Positions 15,650 through 28,080 are shown, numbered from the stretch's first letter. The stretch: DNA of 64,000 bases from Felis catus (GCF_018350175.1 NC_058368.1:115198001-115262000); one strand, 5' to 3'. Notes: generated from the sequence alone by a model not told the origin. Program-made: numbers and translations.

Positions 15650-17065
15650 TGTGGGATAGTCAAAAAATATATATATATATCCCTGGTTCCTGACAAAGAG
15701 CTCCTAAAATGCTTGGAATTTACTGAGTGACAGGATTATGTTTTGTTATTCCTGAATTTATGCTAATGAGATGACTCTTGGGATTGGGGGTTGCAGGGAG
15801 AGGAGAAAGCAGTTTTGGGTAACTTTAGGATGGAGGCTGGTCACCAGGAAGACCAAGTCGTGATTAAAGAATTGGAACTTTTAGCCGCATCTACTAACCT
15901 CCAGGGAGAGGAGGGAGGGTTGAAGACTGTTCAACCACCAATGGCCAATGACTTAATCAATCATGTATAGGAAATTCAGCCCCCATAAAAGCCTCTCAAC
16001 AACGGGATCCGAGAGCTTCCAGTCTGGTGAACGTGTACAAGTTCTGGGAGGGTAATACGCTCACAGATAGCACAGAGGCTCTGTGCCATTCCCCCCAAAA
16101 CCTTACCTTGTCCTATGCATCCCTTCCATTTGGCTGTTCCTGAGTTGTATCTTTTTAAAAAAAACCAGTAAACCTTGGGAATGCAAGCTAGTGCAGCCAC
16201 TCTGGAAAACAGTGTGGATATTCCTAAAAAACTAAAAATAGAACTGCCCTATGACACAGCAATTGCACTACTAGGCATTTACCCACAGGATACAGGTGTG
16301 CTGTTTCGAAGGGACACATGCACCCCCATGTTTATAGCAGCACTATCCACAATGGCCAAAGTATGGAAAGAGCCCAAATGTCCATCGATGGATGAATGGA
16401 TAAAGAAGATGTGGTACATATATACAATGGACTATTACTCAGCAATCAAAAAGAATGAAATCTTGCCATTTGCAAATATGTGGATAGAACTGGAGGGTAT
16501 TATGCTAAGTGAAATCAGAGAAAGACAAAAATCATATGACTTCATTCATATGAGGACTTGAAGAGACAAAACAGATGAACATAAGGGAAGGGAAACAAAA
16601 ATAATATAAAAACAGGGAGAGGGACAAAACAGAAGAGACTCATAAATATGGAGAACAAACAGAGGGTTACTAGAGGGGTTGTGGGAGGGGGGGATGGGCT
16701 AAATGGGTAAGGGGCATTAAGGAATCTACTCCTGAAATCATTGTTGCACTATATGCTAACTAATTTGGATGCAAATTTTAAAAAATAAAGATAAATTAAA
16801 AAGCCAGTAAACCTAAGTGTCTTCCCAAGTTCCTGAGCTATGAGTAGTTCTAGCAAATTATCAAACCTGAGGTGGTGGTTATGGGAATTTCTAATTTATA
16901 GCTGGTCAGTCACAAAGACGGGTGGTCTGGAACTGGCAACTAGCACTGGAAGTAGATGCAATGGCACTGAGACCTTTAACTTATGAGACCTAACATTAAT
17001 TCCAGGTAAATGGTGTCAGAATGGACTTGAAATGTTGGGACGTGCAGCTGGTGTCTGAGGACTAA
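15650..17065 (+). mobile_element. MER21C-like solo LTR, split by an L1 insertion
   Basis: Diagnostic segments: ggttcctgacaaagagctcctaaaa, tttatgctaatgagatgactc, ccaatggccaatgacttaatcaatcatg, catcccttccatttggctgttcctgagttgtatc, ttctagcaaattatcaaacctgagg, tccaggtaaatggtgtcagaat. Confidence 0.85.
16176..16797 (+). mobile_element. 5'-truncated felid L1 (ORF2 C-terminus + 3' UTR)
   Basis: ORF 16175-16561 is the L1 ORF2 end (KLKIELPYD...[19 protein letters not shown]). G-rich 3' UTR. TSD aaaaa(a/g)ccagtaaacct ending at 16175 and 16814. Confidence 0.95.
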
Positions 17066-17640
17066 AGAATCACACAGCCCTTTCCAAGCTGCAATGGGCC
17101 AAAGGCCTCACAGAGACAACCCTACAAAATCACCCAGACCAGAGTCAGGTGCTCCTTCAGACAGATGTCCAGGGCCTGCAGGAAATCAGACTCCTCTCTT
17201 AAATACTTGAAACAGAGTAGTTGGTCTACTATAAATGAGGTTTTTAAAATTCAATTCCCTCCTATTGCTCGTGCAGATCTGAAATGATCTGACCAGATGG
17301 CTGGTGCTCTATAATTCTTGGATTGCTCTCATCAGTTGTTGATGATTTGGATTTTTTTTTTTTTTTAACCCCCTCACATGAATGTGTTCCTGCACAGGCT
17401 TCCTGCATGCTCCCATTAAGAGGGCTCTTTGTGCTGATGCCAATATTTCTGAGGTTCTAACAGCCTCATCCTAGAAGTCAGCTCGGGTCAATAGTGAGCC
17501 CCCAGTTTGAGCTTCCCTGAGCCCACATGAGGCCAACAAAGCAGCACAGGCTCATAGGGAGGACAAGGGAGCCCTTTGCTCAGCCTGCCTTGTCACCTCC
17601 ACTTCTCCTTTAGGTTCCCAAGGAAAGAAAGGCAGCAAAT

Positions 17641-17686
17641 GTTTGTTTGTTTGTTTGTTTGTTTGTTTGTTTGTTTGTTTGTTTTT
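17641..17686 (+). repeat. (GTTT)n microsatellite
   Basis: Directly visible. Confidence 0.95.
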
Positions 17687-17830
17687 TAATGACAACTATA
17701 GTTACTTACTGAGTATTTCCTATGTGCCAGGTCCTGGGTGTAACGTTTTACACACGTTGATCTAGTTTTAGTCTCACTCCATCTCTGGGAAGCAGACAGA
17801 TGAGGAAACTTAAGTGCAAAGATTCTAACC
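17687..17830 (-). mobile_element. MIR
   Basis: ttactgagtatttcctatgtgccagg...acagatgaggaaact. Confidence 0.7.
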
Positions 17831-18094
17831 AATCTGACGAAGAACACAAATCTCAAAAAGAGAACTTCATGGGGTTGGAGATTTAACATCATAAAATTTG
17901 ACCACTGTTCCACTCTCATCTCAGGAATACAGAGAAGGCCCTAGCCTCCCCTTACCCTCCTTTGTGCCCTCAGCCTACACAGGACACTTGCACCAGGACA
18001 TCCCAAATACTCTCGTGCCCTTTTCTGTCTCTGTATTCTCTGTGAGACTGTAAGCTACTAGAAGGTAGGGGTCATGTTTCATTAGCTATTCAGA

Positions 18095-18227
18095 TAGACA
18101 GTATGGCACAGTGGTAAGGAGCTCAGGCTTAGGGCCAGACAAAGCTAGTTTTGAATTCTGACTCTACCACTTACTGGTCGTTTGACTAAGTCACTTCTTT
18201 TATTATTTTTATTATTTTTATTTATAT

Positions 18228-18273
<46 letters not shown>

Positions 18274-18545
18274 ATGAGTGGGGGTGGGGAAGATAGAGAA
18301 GGGTAGAGAGAGAATCCCAAGCAGGCTCTACACTGTCAGTGGAGAGTCCAACACAGGGCTCAAACCCACAAACTGTAAGACCATGACCTGAGCCAAAGTC
18401 AGACGCTTAATCAACTAAGCCACCCAGGTACACCTTGACTAAGTCACTTCTGAGACTCAGTTTTGTCTATAAAAATGAGGGTAGTTATAACACCTGCCCT
18501 CAAAGAATGCCTGGTACAATCAACACTCAGTAAATGTGAATTATT
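18095..18545 (+). mobile_element. MIR (interrupted by a SINE), itself within an L2 3' fragment (~18030-18600)
   Basis: cagtatggcacagtggtaaggagc...ttgaattctgactctaccacttact...ctcagttttgtctataaaaatgagg. Confidence 0.8.
18199..18434 (-). mobile_element. CAN-SINE with long (GA)n
   Basis: Perfect 17-bp TSD ttgactaagtcacttct (18182-18198 / 18435-18451). Confidence 0.95.
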
Positions 18546-19519
18546 ATGTGTATCTCTGGCTACGAATATAGTGCCTGGCACAAAGTAGGATCTCAGAAAT
18601 GGCCAGGGAGCAGACTCCACCACACTTGGCTGTGGCCAGCTTTCTGTGATAAGAAGTACACAGGGGTACTCAGGGGTCCTCAGCCCCAGGACAAATTTCT
18701 GAATTGCCTGCCCAGAACCCATAGGACCTGCCAGCTAACAGCTTTCCTCTGCTTGCTTCTGAACAGCTGATGCTGAATCCACACTCAAATGCTTGCTGTG
18801 CCTCCATAAGGTGAGACAGATCCCAAAATAAACCAGAAGACAGAGAGAGAGAGACAGGAAAATCACTTCCAGGAACAAGCGGCTCACAGTGAGGATGCTG
18901 ACAGTAATAACAGAGGCAGGCAGACTTCTGGAGGGTGACCTGCAGTTACTCTAGGGCTCCATGGATGGGGGGCCCAATACCCACCTGACCCGGTGGGAAG
19001 GCCCATGAAGTCATGGGTAGGTCTCCTGGTGTACCAGGCCACAGGAGGCAACCTGGAATCTACCTTCATAGAAGCCCAGGCCACATATCCCAGTATGCCC
19101 TCCGTAGAGGCCTGAGGACCACAGAGCTGAGGTCCTCCCTTCAGAGACCTGAGGGGTCAGAAGTTACTGAACTGGGGGTAATGTCAACAGAAACTAGCCA
19201 TTTTCTTCAAAGTCCCCCAAAGATACTCCATCATCTTCCTGGGCCACTCCTTGAATTTCAGGCAGGAAAAGCTGTGCTAACCCTTTCCGCTCCCTCATCA
19301 AAAATCTCTGTATAAGGAGAGAGGGAGAGCATTTCAGGACCATAGAAGTCTCTCTTCTCACCTTAAGTTCTCTTCCCCCATCAAAGACCAGAGAGGACAG
19401 GAAGCCTACATACTCAAGCACCCTTACCGGCATCCAATTCCACAACCAAGTTGAAGGGGTAGCACAAATTTACCATCTAAAATCAGAACTAACTATAGTG
19501 GGTGATATCTTCATGTCAA

Positions 19520-19690
19520 GAATCCTCACAACAGGCAGAGCAAGCCATTTCCCCCATGTCACCAAAGGGGAAACTGAAGGGGAGAAGGATTCTGTGACTC
19601 GCCCAAGATCCCCTAAATAGCAAAGCTAGGATTTGAACCCAGGACTGGCTGAATCTAAAGTCTGTTCTCCTAACTGCTAAATTATACTAC
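19520..19690 (-). mobile_element. MIR
   Basis: aatcctcacaaca...ggaaactgaagg...gactcgcccaagatc...ggatttgaacccagg. Confidence 0.7.
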
Positions 19691-21836
19691 CTTCCCATTC
19701 ATCTACCCATCAAACAAGTTCCCAGAATTGGCTACATTCCTTTTAACATTCCTTCAGGTAGCTGTGGTGGAAATTCCCAGGCAGCATTCAGAATGTGGTG
19801 AATTAAATATTACACTCTGACTAAAGCCAAGTGCCAGCTATCCACACAGACCACTGAGAGGTCAATATCCTGCCAATAGACACACATACAAAACCTTTGC
19901 AACACACAAACAGAACACCTCAATCCTGGACTGGGGCCCAACGAAGTCTCTACCTCCATTGGTCTGACTCCATAGTGCCACACTCTGAATCACCTCACAT
20001 CACACACTCAGGCCAGAATAAACTTCTCACCTAACCTTCCCTCACTCCTCTTGCTTTGATGGTCAGGATAGGCAAAAATACTCTTGGGATGGAGCAGGCA
20101 TGACTAGAGCCAGACCTGTTTGCCCACTGAAATGTGGGGTCTGAGTGTTGTGCTCAACTACAACATACCAGCCTTTGGGGCAGGCTCAAGGAAATTTGGT
20201 GCAGATTTTACAAGAGGGTCTTGAGAAACTAGAAGGCAGAGGGTGATGTCAATGGGGTATCAAGTTAAATGTAATGGGGTATCAAGTTAACTGTAAAAAT
20301 AATGTGTTCCATTCTAATTCTCCAGGAGGCGTTCAGAGCCCTCTGCCTGCCCTTGTCACAAATGCTCTGGCTCTCCCTCCCCAAGGCTAGAGAGAGAGGC
20401 TCTTCTATTTAAGCATTAATACAGCAACCCCACTGCCAGACGGCTGGGCAAGGTCCCCAGGTTAGAACTTTCATGCTTGTTTTGCAATGTGGACAAGGGC
20501 CTTGGAGGGTGCCACAGGAACAGAAAAGGTAGGACTGGGGGCCACGGGACATTGAATTCCATCTGCTCTAGGCACTTGCCTGATTAGAAGTGATTCGAGC
20601 ACTTTTAACCTCATAAAACCAGTAGAAACAGTCCATATGTTCCACACCCGAACCCATTGAGTCTTCTTGTTTTGGTCCTCAAGGCCCAGCGGGCTCAGTT
20701 CTCAATGAAGGTGGGGGAGGACAGTCAGAGGTTAGATCTGTTCAACCCAGTACCTCTATTCCTAAAACCTCCTTCTACCCCCTATGCCATTACTTCCTAC
20801 TTCACTTCCTTGGTGTTTTATCACTCTTCAATGGCACCAACTACCCTTATGCAAGCCCAGTAGGAGTGACAGTGCTACCACAAAGTTGGCTGGCACAGTA
20901 AATGCTGCCCCTGCCAGCACAGCAGCAATGGGGGCAGTGAGGACACGGTGATGAATATTTGCATGGACTGATGAAACTCCACTGTGGCAGCTGCCAGGGC
21001 TTGCCATCCACCTTGTCACAGTGAAAAGTACAAAAGCCTACTCTTGAGAACAGACTCAAGTGTCATCATAGTGTGGTTACCGTCAAGAATGGCTGGGACT
21101 AGAAGGACAAGGGTTAAGAAGGTGGGTCTAGGCTCTCTTTGGTCAATGGCATAGGACAAGTTAGCTCAATGAGTTAGGTCAATGAGCCAATGTTTTCATA
21201 AGACAATGAAGATCATCACAGTTACTACTGTGAAGACTGAACAGGATTATGCACATGAAGCACCTAACTCAATACCTGAATATAGTAAACACTCCACAAA
21301 TGCTGGTTACTTTCTAAGCAATGGTTCCAGGTTCTTAAAAGGGCTAGAAAGTTGTTCCTTCTGAGGATGCTCCATTTAAAAACCAGGCCAGGACCAGCCC
21401 CTGTTTCTTGGCACAAGTTCCTTTAACAACAGAATACTCCTGCCCCTCATCGGTGCTCAGTACTCTCCTGTGAACAATATTTCAGCAGCATTGAGCCGAG
21501 CAGCAGAGCCTAAAATAGCATTTGCAGAGTGAGGCACATGTCACTGCCTCTCCTGTGTTTCAGAAGAGTGCAAGGAAAGAAAGTTTTCAATCACTTGCTC
21601 AGAAAGCTCGGCCACCCACCACCTGCCTTCCTTTCACAGCACTCACATGCCGCAATCTCTGTTCTGCTGGAAAATGAAAGTCCCTGAGCCCTGCAGCAAC
21701 AGCCATCACCCCAAAGGACCATACTGTTCCCCTCCAGTGGGCCAGAGCCTCTGCTCCTTCAAAGCAGCCCTGTGGGCACGAACCACGTATGCACTTAGAA
21801 TCCCGAATGTGTTTCACATGGAGCTGGGCTTGGTAC

Positions 21837-21972
21837 CTGGCCGAAGGGCCTGCCACTCATGGGTTGGGTGAAACACCTCCAGGACCTCAGAGTCCAGCTC
21901 CTCTTCTGCCGTGGTTTCCTTTCTCTCTGCTTCTTTGGTGCTGCTCTTTTCTGGGCTGGTGAGCGCAAACTC
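21837..21972 (-). CDS. SIL1: SIL1 exon 3 (136 nt): [45 protein letters not shown](G)
   Basis: Near-identical to recalled human SIL1 [46 protein letters not shown]. Acceptor tgtgttttcttttctctgaag|GAG, donor CAG|GTACCA. In frame with exon 2. Confidence 0.96.
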
Positions 21973-22331
21973 CTTCAGAGAAAAGAAAACACAGGGCGTG
22001 ACCCACCAGAACTAGGCACAAGGCATAGAGAACATGGCCTGGGTTGTATACTCTTCTCCTCCATACTCCTCCCCTCTCTAGCCTTGTTTAGACCACAGTG
22101 ATACAGTTAAATGAACACAGCATGTGTTATACATACATAGCACTTTTTACATACCTAAGGAAAAACTCCACAAAGTTCAATACTATCTCAAGGAGGTTAA
22201 GGGAACATACTGGGAAGAAGGGTTGGCAAAGGAGACAATAAGAGACTTCTACTTTTTATTTTCTATGCTACTATACTGTATGATGTTTAAAACTCCTACT
22301 TATTGCTCTTACAAATAAAAAAGATACATTA

Positions 22332-22490
22332 GGGTACCTGGGTGGCTTAGTCGGTTGAGCATCCGACTCTTAATTTCGACTCAGGTCATGATCTCATGGT
22401 TCATGAGATAGAATCCCATGTCGACTTCTGTGCTGACAGTACAGAGCTTGCCTGTGATTTGCTCTCTCCCTCTCTCTCTCTGCTCCTCCC
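22332..22490 (+). mobile_element. CAN-SINE whose tail is replaced by a TA-rich repeat
   Basis: gggtacctgggtggcttagtcggttgagcatccgactc... followed by (CT)n. Confidence 0.9.
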
Positions 22491-22692
22491 ATATATATAT
22501 GTGTATATATATATATGTGTATATATATGTATATACATATATATACACATATATATGTATATACATATATATATACACATATATATGTATATACATATAT
22601 ATATACACATATATATGTATATACATATATATATACACATATATATATGTATATATATATACACATATATATATATGTGTATATATATATAT
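22491..22692. repeat. ~200-bp alternating purine-pyrimidine (TA/CA/TG) compound microsatellite with a 30-bp higher-order unit
   Basis: The unit atacatatatatatacacatatatatgtat is repeated about 3-4 times. Confidence 0.97.
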
Positions 22693-23639
22693 GAAAAAAC
22701 ACGTATCAATGGGAGAATAAATCCTCAAATAGCCACCCCAGACATACAAAAGATGCCAGCTGAGGCCCAACTGATTCCTATGCAGTCCAGCAGGACACAA
22801 TAAGAGCCTGGCAATTCCCCAGGGTGCCTACAGGGCATAAATGACCACTTGGGACATAACAATCCATGGTGAAATGGCTGCACGTGGGAAGCTGGGAGTT
22901 TGGTCGGGCTGAGGGAGGAAGAAGCCACAGCTGAAAACCTCTTCCTAAAACCTGTTTCCTTCCACCCCCTGGAGAGCATGGAGGATTAATGAGATGGTGT
23001 CTGTGGAGCATCGTGAGCTCAGGAGACAGAGATGCAAGATAAATACAAAGTATTATTCATTTTGCTCCTTCCCGGCCTCCAATTCTTCGTGTCCAATTTT
23101 TAAACCTTTCTTGCATAAAAGCAGTAAGACCTCTGGAAAATAGAACCAGAGGGTTCTAGAGCTCTGGCATAGCAAGAAGGAACCCACACTAGTACACCGG
23201 GAGGTTATTTCAACCTTCCCACCTCCCAAGTCTTCCCCTATTAACAGTGAGCACATTTCGTGACTTCCTATGAACTCAAACCTGTTCAAGGAACTTGACA
23301 CACATCTCATTTTGGCTTCCCAATAATCCTAACCTTGCATGAGAGGCAGTAATGCATCTCTTGCAAGCAACACCCCAGCTCCAGATATGCATCCCCACCT
23401 ATCTTGTCCCTCAGGGTCTGATCTTTAATTAGCTGTCAGAGGGAAGGGCAAGGTGTTCAAGTATTCATGATAACAATGTAATGCCCCTCCAAGGGTTTTT
23501 AACATTTTAACAAGAAATAAAGGCATGAAATTCAGATGACAGGATTTCAAATCTTGTTAAGGACCAGTAAGGAAGAGATCTTGGACAAGAAGAGGCCCTC
23601 AAATCATATCCCAAGTAATGAGAGGCCAAGACTACAGCA

Positions 23640-23830
23640 ATAGTACTTAAGAACTTAAGCTCCACATCAGATAACCTGAAGTTTGAATCCCAGTTTATTG
23701 TGACTCCCAGAAAGTTACTTAATTTTCTAAGCCTATTTCCATGTTTGTAAAGCAGAAATACTAATGACATCTAACTCATACATTAGATGAGGAACTATCT
23801 TGTAAACCACTAGACCCCAGATACATGGTA
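23640..23830 (+). mobile_element. MIR
   Basis: gtttgaatcccag...aagttacttaattttctaagcctatttccatgtttgtaaa. Confidence 0.7.
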
Positions 23831-24444
23831 GCGATTACTCTTACTACATGTAAAGACCATCACAGGTTCCAGGTTGGATGAGTCTGTACTATGACATCCA
23901 ACAGTGACTACACACTGTGACATTATTCAGGCAGGTCAGGTTTTGGTTGTGGTCTCACCTGTGCAGCCTGGCTGTCAAATGCCTCCTACCTTCCACTTGA
24001 AGCTTGCACAGATCTGAGCTCAAAAGAAAGCTAGGAGAAGAGTAGACATGCTTGGGAAACTAAAGGAAAGACAGAGTGGCAGGAGACACTGACCTAAAGC
24101 CAGATTTCCTAAGAGCAGGCTCTATGTGAGTCTCTTTCACCAATGTACCCCAATGCCCAGCAAAGGACTAAGTTTGTAATCCAAGAACAAAGGAATGAAG
24201 AAACGACCCTGTCCCACAGGCAGGTATGTCTTCTGGAGGCCTTGGACTGAGGAAAGCCCAAAGTAGCCACGTCTACTAGAACCCAGGCACTAGCCCCACA
24301 TTGCAGAACAAAGAATACCTTGTCTACAAATACTCAAAACCCATGTAATCCAGGGCCGAGCCATGCTGGCCAGCCTCTGCCATAAGCACCACACACTAGA
24401 CAATGGGACTAGGAGAATATAAATAGAATTTACCTCAGAAGTAT

Positions 24445-24685
24445 GGGGGTCAAATGCCTCCAGGGGCCAGGTAGGGCCAGCAGTAAAACAACAGGTTGTT
24501 GGGGGGCTGTGAAAACTGGAGCCCTCCTGCCTTGACTAAGGAACGCAGCTGCTACTCAGCTGGTCCACCACTGCCATGAAAAAGAGAAAACAGAAAAACA
24601 GATGATTTTTACATACAATTTTTGTATTTTAGAACACTAAGACGGCCAAACTAAACCTCTCTAAGCTTTAAATTGCAACTCTTGC
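24445..24685 (+). mobile_element. MER102-like hAT-Charlie DNA transposon relic
   Basis: tcaaatgcctccaggggccagg...gggctgtgaaaactgga...cagctgctactcagct...ggccaaactaaac resembles the recalled MER102 consensus. Confidence 0.65.
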
Positions 24686-25254
24686 TTTAGTCTATTAGTC
24701 AGGTAACTGCTGGCAGGTATAGCTGTAAGCAAGCAACCAAATCCTTGTCACTAAGAGAAGCAGTAAGAGGCAATAGGAATGGGAATGATGAAAACATGGC
24801 AGAAAACCCTTCAAACACTAGGCTGGGGGAGTGTTCATTCTCTTTTTCCACATTTCTTTCAACATTAATAGATTCAAGATGGAGACCGATGAACCACTGA
24901 GCCGCATGCCTCAGGCTCTAGGGAGGCTAAATACTTTCACAGTAATCCCACCACTGCTGAAAATGTTTTTTGACCTTCCGGTTGGTGTCACCTTTGAACC
25001 AGATTTTAAGCGACACACACACATACACAGATACACACAATCTGCCATTATTTTATAGTACAAATCTGTTTTTAGTAGGGGTGATAAAAAATTGGTGCTC
25101 CTGTGATCAGCTCACCCTATTCACCAAATCTAACTCTGAGCAACTTGGCACTGTTTGCCCAAATCACTTCTGACAAGCACTGAGGGAGTCAGTTCAAAAG
25201 GGGCATTCCAGGAAAGGTTTTGAGGAAAAGCAGCATCATGGGGATGAGACTGTA

Positions 25255-25455
25255 ATGGTAACAGCAACTACCATTTGCAGCTCTGGGCTAAAGTGCCTTC
25301 CATGCCTCACAACTCACCCAAGTTTCATCTGTGGAGCACAAATTTTATTCCCATTTTATAGATGAGGACAGGTATCGGGCCTGAGCAAAAATCACACTGC
25401 TGAGAAAAGCAGACAAAAATTTAAGTCCAGGCCTGCCTGTCTCCAAAGCCCATGC
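25255..25455 (-). mobile_element. MIR
   Basis: attcccattttatagatgagga core. Confidence 0.7.
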
Positions 25456-26129
25456 ATGAATTTTGACTCACTTCTGTGTTTCTGTTCTTAGTTATGTGTC
25501 CTAATGGCTATGCCCTGCATACTGAGGGAATGAAGGGGCAGGGGGGGGAAGGGCACACTGAGATCACCTTAGCACATCTACCAGCACACACCCCCACCAC
25601 CCTCACCCCCTCAGGGGAAAGGGAAGGCTTTCACGGTCCAAGTAACAAACCACAGTCCCAGAGAAAGGACAAGCAAGACTAGCCTCTCTCTGCCCGGGAA
25701 GGGTTGTCAACAGCAGATAAAGACCAAGGGGTGAGAGAAGCCAGCCAGCCCTTGGTCAACAAGTAAACCCCCCATGTTCTGGTGCCCTCTCAGCTGGCTT
25801 CTCAGGGCTCCCTTCCATACTGAAACCTCAGCACTCTTTTCCCTGCCACCATCACTCCAAATACCAATCTCCTCTCAACTGACTGGCGAGAAATCCAGCT
25901 AAGGTGTTAGCTGACAACAGCTTACCATGTCTCACTTCCTTGCACTTGTATCTGAGTAAGAGATTCTTAAAGACCAAAGCCTTCAAGATCCAGGGGAATG
26001 AATGAATCTCTCTAATGGTAAGCTGACAGACGCATGTGACAGAGACAGACTGCCATGGCAGTATTTTGGGCTAGGACCCTGACTAACAAAGCCCTATATT
26101 AAACCATAAAAGCAGACACCCTTTTACTG

Positions 26130-26310
26130 AAAATAACAGCTGACATTTATTGACCATACTCTGCCAGTCCCAAAGCTAGGTGCTTCATATATATTTTTAT
26201 ATATACATACAAATCACGCATAATCTACATTAAAATCTTAAGAGGGAAGTATCAACCCTATTTTACGGATGAGAAAACAAAGCTCAGAAATGGCCAAATT
26301 GCCAAAGTAG
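26130..26310 (-). mobile_element. MIR
   Basis: aataacagctgacatttattga...ccctattttacggatgagaaaac. Confidence 0.75.
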
Positions 26311-27849
26311 GGGGTGCCACTTACCAATGGTCTGTGCTCCTTCCACTGGATTCCACTACCTCCTTCATACTCACTACTTTTTGAAGGCCAGTATACTACA
26401 CAACCCCATCCCTTCAGCATCCACACTGCTCCTAAGTTGTGGCATCTCAGGGAGGTATCACAGCAGAAGATCGTACCCTGATACATACAATCTTTCCTGG
26501 GTAGCCATTAACCTGTACAAACGCCTTTGGAGAGGACAATTCCAGGCCACCAGGACCTCTTGCCTGGACTCAAGGCTCTGAATAAAGGATCATAAACACC
26601 CCCAGCTACCCCACCACCCATTTTCACTGTTGTGAAGGTGGCTGACTGAATAATTTGGATTTTAAATGCCAACAGGGCAGCAATTTTTACGGTATGAGAG
26701 AAAAGATGCTTCAACTCCTACTTGTGCTCAGCACATGATGAAAGATTATGACAAATGGATACAGCTTAGGAACAGACATAAGGATAAAAGTAGCTTCTGT
26801 TGATGAAAGTCAGTATTAACATTTTTCTGAGACTAGACTCAATAGAGCTAATATAAATGGGCCAGAATAATTATGGCTCTGAAAGCTCATCTATTTGGTT
26901 GGACTATTATCCAAAAGGGACTTACTAACACACAGTCCTTAAGCAAATTCATCAGCACGTTTTTGTTAATTGTGCATCTGCTAAAGCTCATCATGGGAAG
27001 CACCGGATCCTCATGAGCTGCAGGTTGAGCGGGGGCGGGGAGGGAGGGGAGTACACAGCCCTGATCCCTCCAGACACTTGGGTGCTTTTCTGGTCTAGGC
27101 TATGACAAAGACAGCCCCTAACTCAGGCTGTGGCCAGTCCCACCCTCAGGGGCCAATGGAATCTCACCCTCATTATCCTTGAGGAAAAGGCCAAAAAAAA
27201 CTAGCACCAGTAAGATCTTAGAGAACATTAAAAGCTCAAAAGGATTCGTGACTCCTAACTGTACTTCCTCTTCTGCTCCACAAAGTGAGCAGAAAGGCAG
27301 AGAAAAAACAAATGACTTCAGAGAGAAGGTGGAAGCTTGCCATGAGCCAGAGGTAAACCTCAGCTGAGCTGGATTGCTATTAAATTCATCACAATTGTCA
27401 TTTGCACTTCAAGGCCCTCCGCTCCAAAGCCTTCAACACTTACCCAACATTTAGCAGGAGACCCTGGGGTTGAGAAGGTGGCCAGGGGAAGGGGAAACTG
27501 TCAGAAAGCTGACAGTCAAGGCTTCTCAGGGGAAAGCAAAGAGGAGACACTGGGAGCTGGTGAAGGGCAGCTTATTGCTGGGGCCAGCCAGGCAAACGGG
27601 GTCAGGAGTCTTAGCATGCTGCAGCCAGGCCAAGCTCAGGGCTTTCTTGGTCATTCTACTCCTGCCTGTGACAGTGACAGAAAGCCTAAGCAGTGAGGTC
27701 TAGGTTAATGAAGAGAGGCTTAAAAAGAAGAGGAAGAAAAAGGACAGAGGAAAAGAGAATGGAGAGACAGAGACAGATGGAAAAAGCACAAGGAAGACAG
27801 GAGTAGAGGAAGAAGCTGAGTCTTACTTAGTGCTCAGCACACAGGCAAC

Positions 27850-28080
27850 CAGCTCCTGGGGAGAATCCTGATTTTCCCAACTCTGCCACAAACTGGCTGA
27901 ATGATTCTGGCCAAGTTACTTAATGTCTCTGAGCCTCAGTCTCCTTCTGAAAATGAGGGATAATAACTGTAGTTGTTCACTTCTTAGGGGTTTTGGAGGG
28001 ATTAAATGAGAATACATATAAAGCACTTACTAAAATAATTGGTACATGATAACCTCATCAACATTATCAGTATTACCATA
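27850..28080 (+). mobile_element. MIR
   Basis: caagttacttaatgtctctgagcctcagtctccttctgaaaatgagggataata...ggattaaatgaga. Confidence 0.8.

Noticed and set aside
21859..22101. Plus-strand 80-aa ORF over exon 3
   Set aside because: Antisense shadow of the SIL1 coding exon with no independent support.
22381..22803. Five overlapping 100-139 aa ORFs rich in Y/I/H/C
   Set aside because: Translations of the TA-rich microsatellite and the adjoining SINE, open on both strands because of low complexity.
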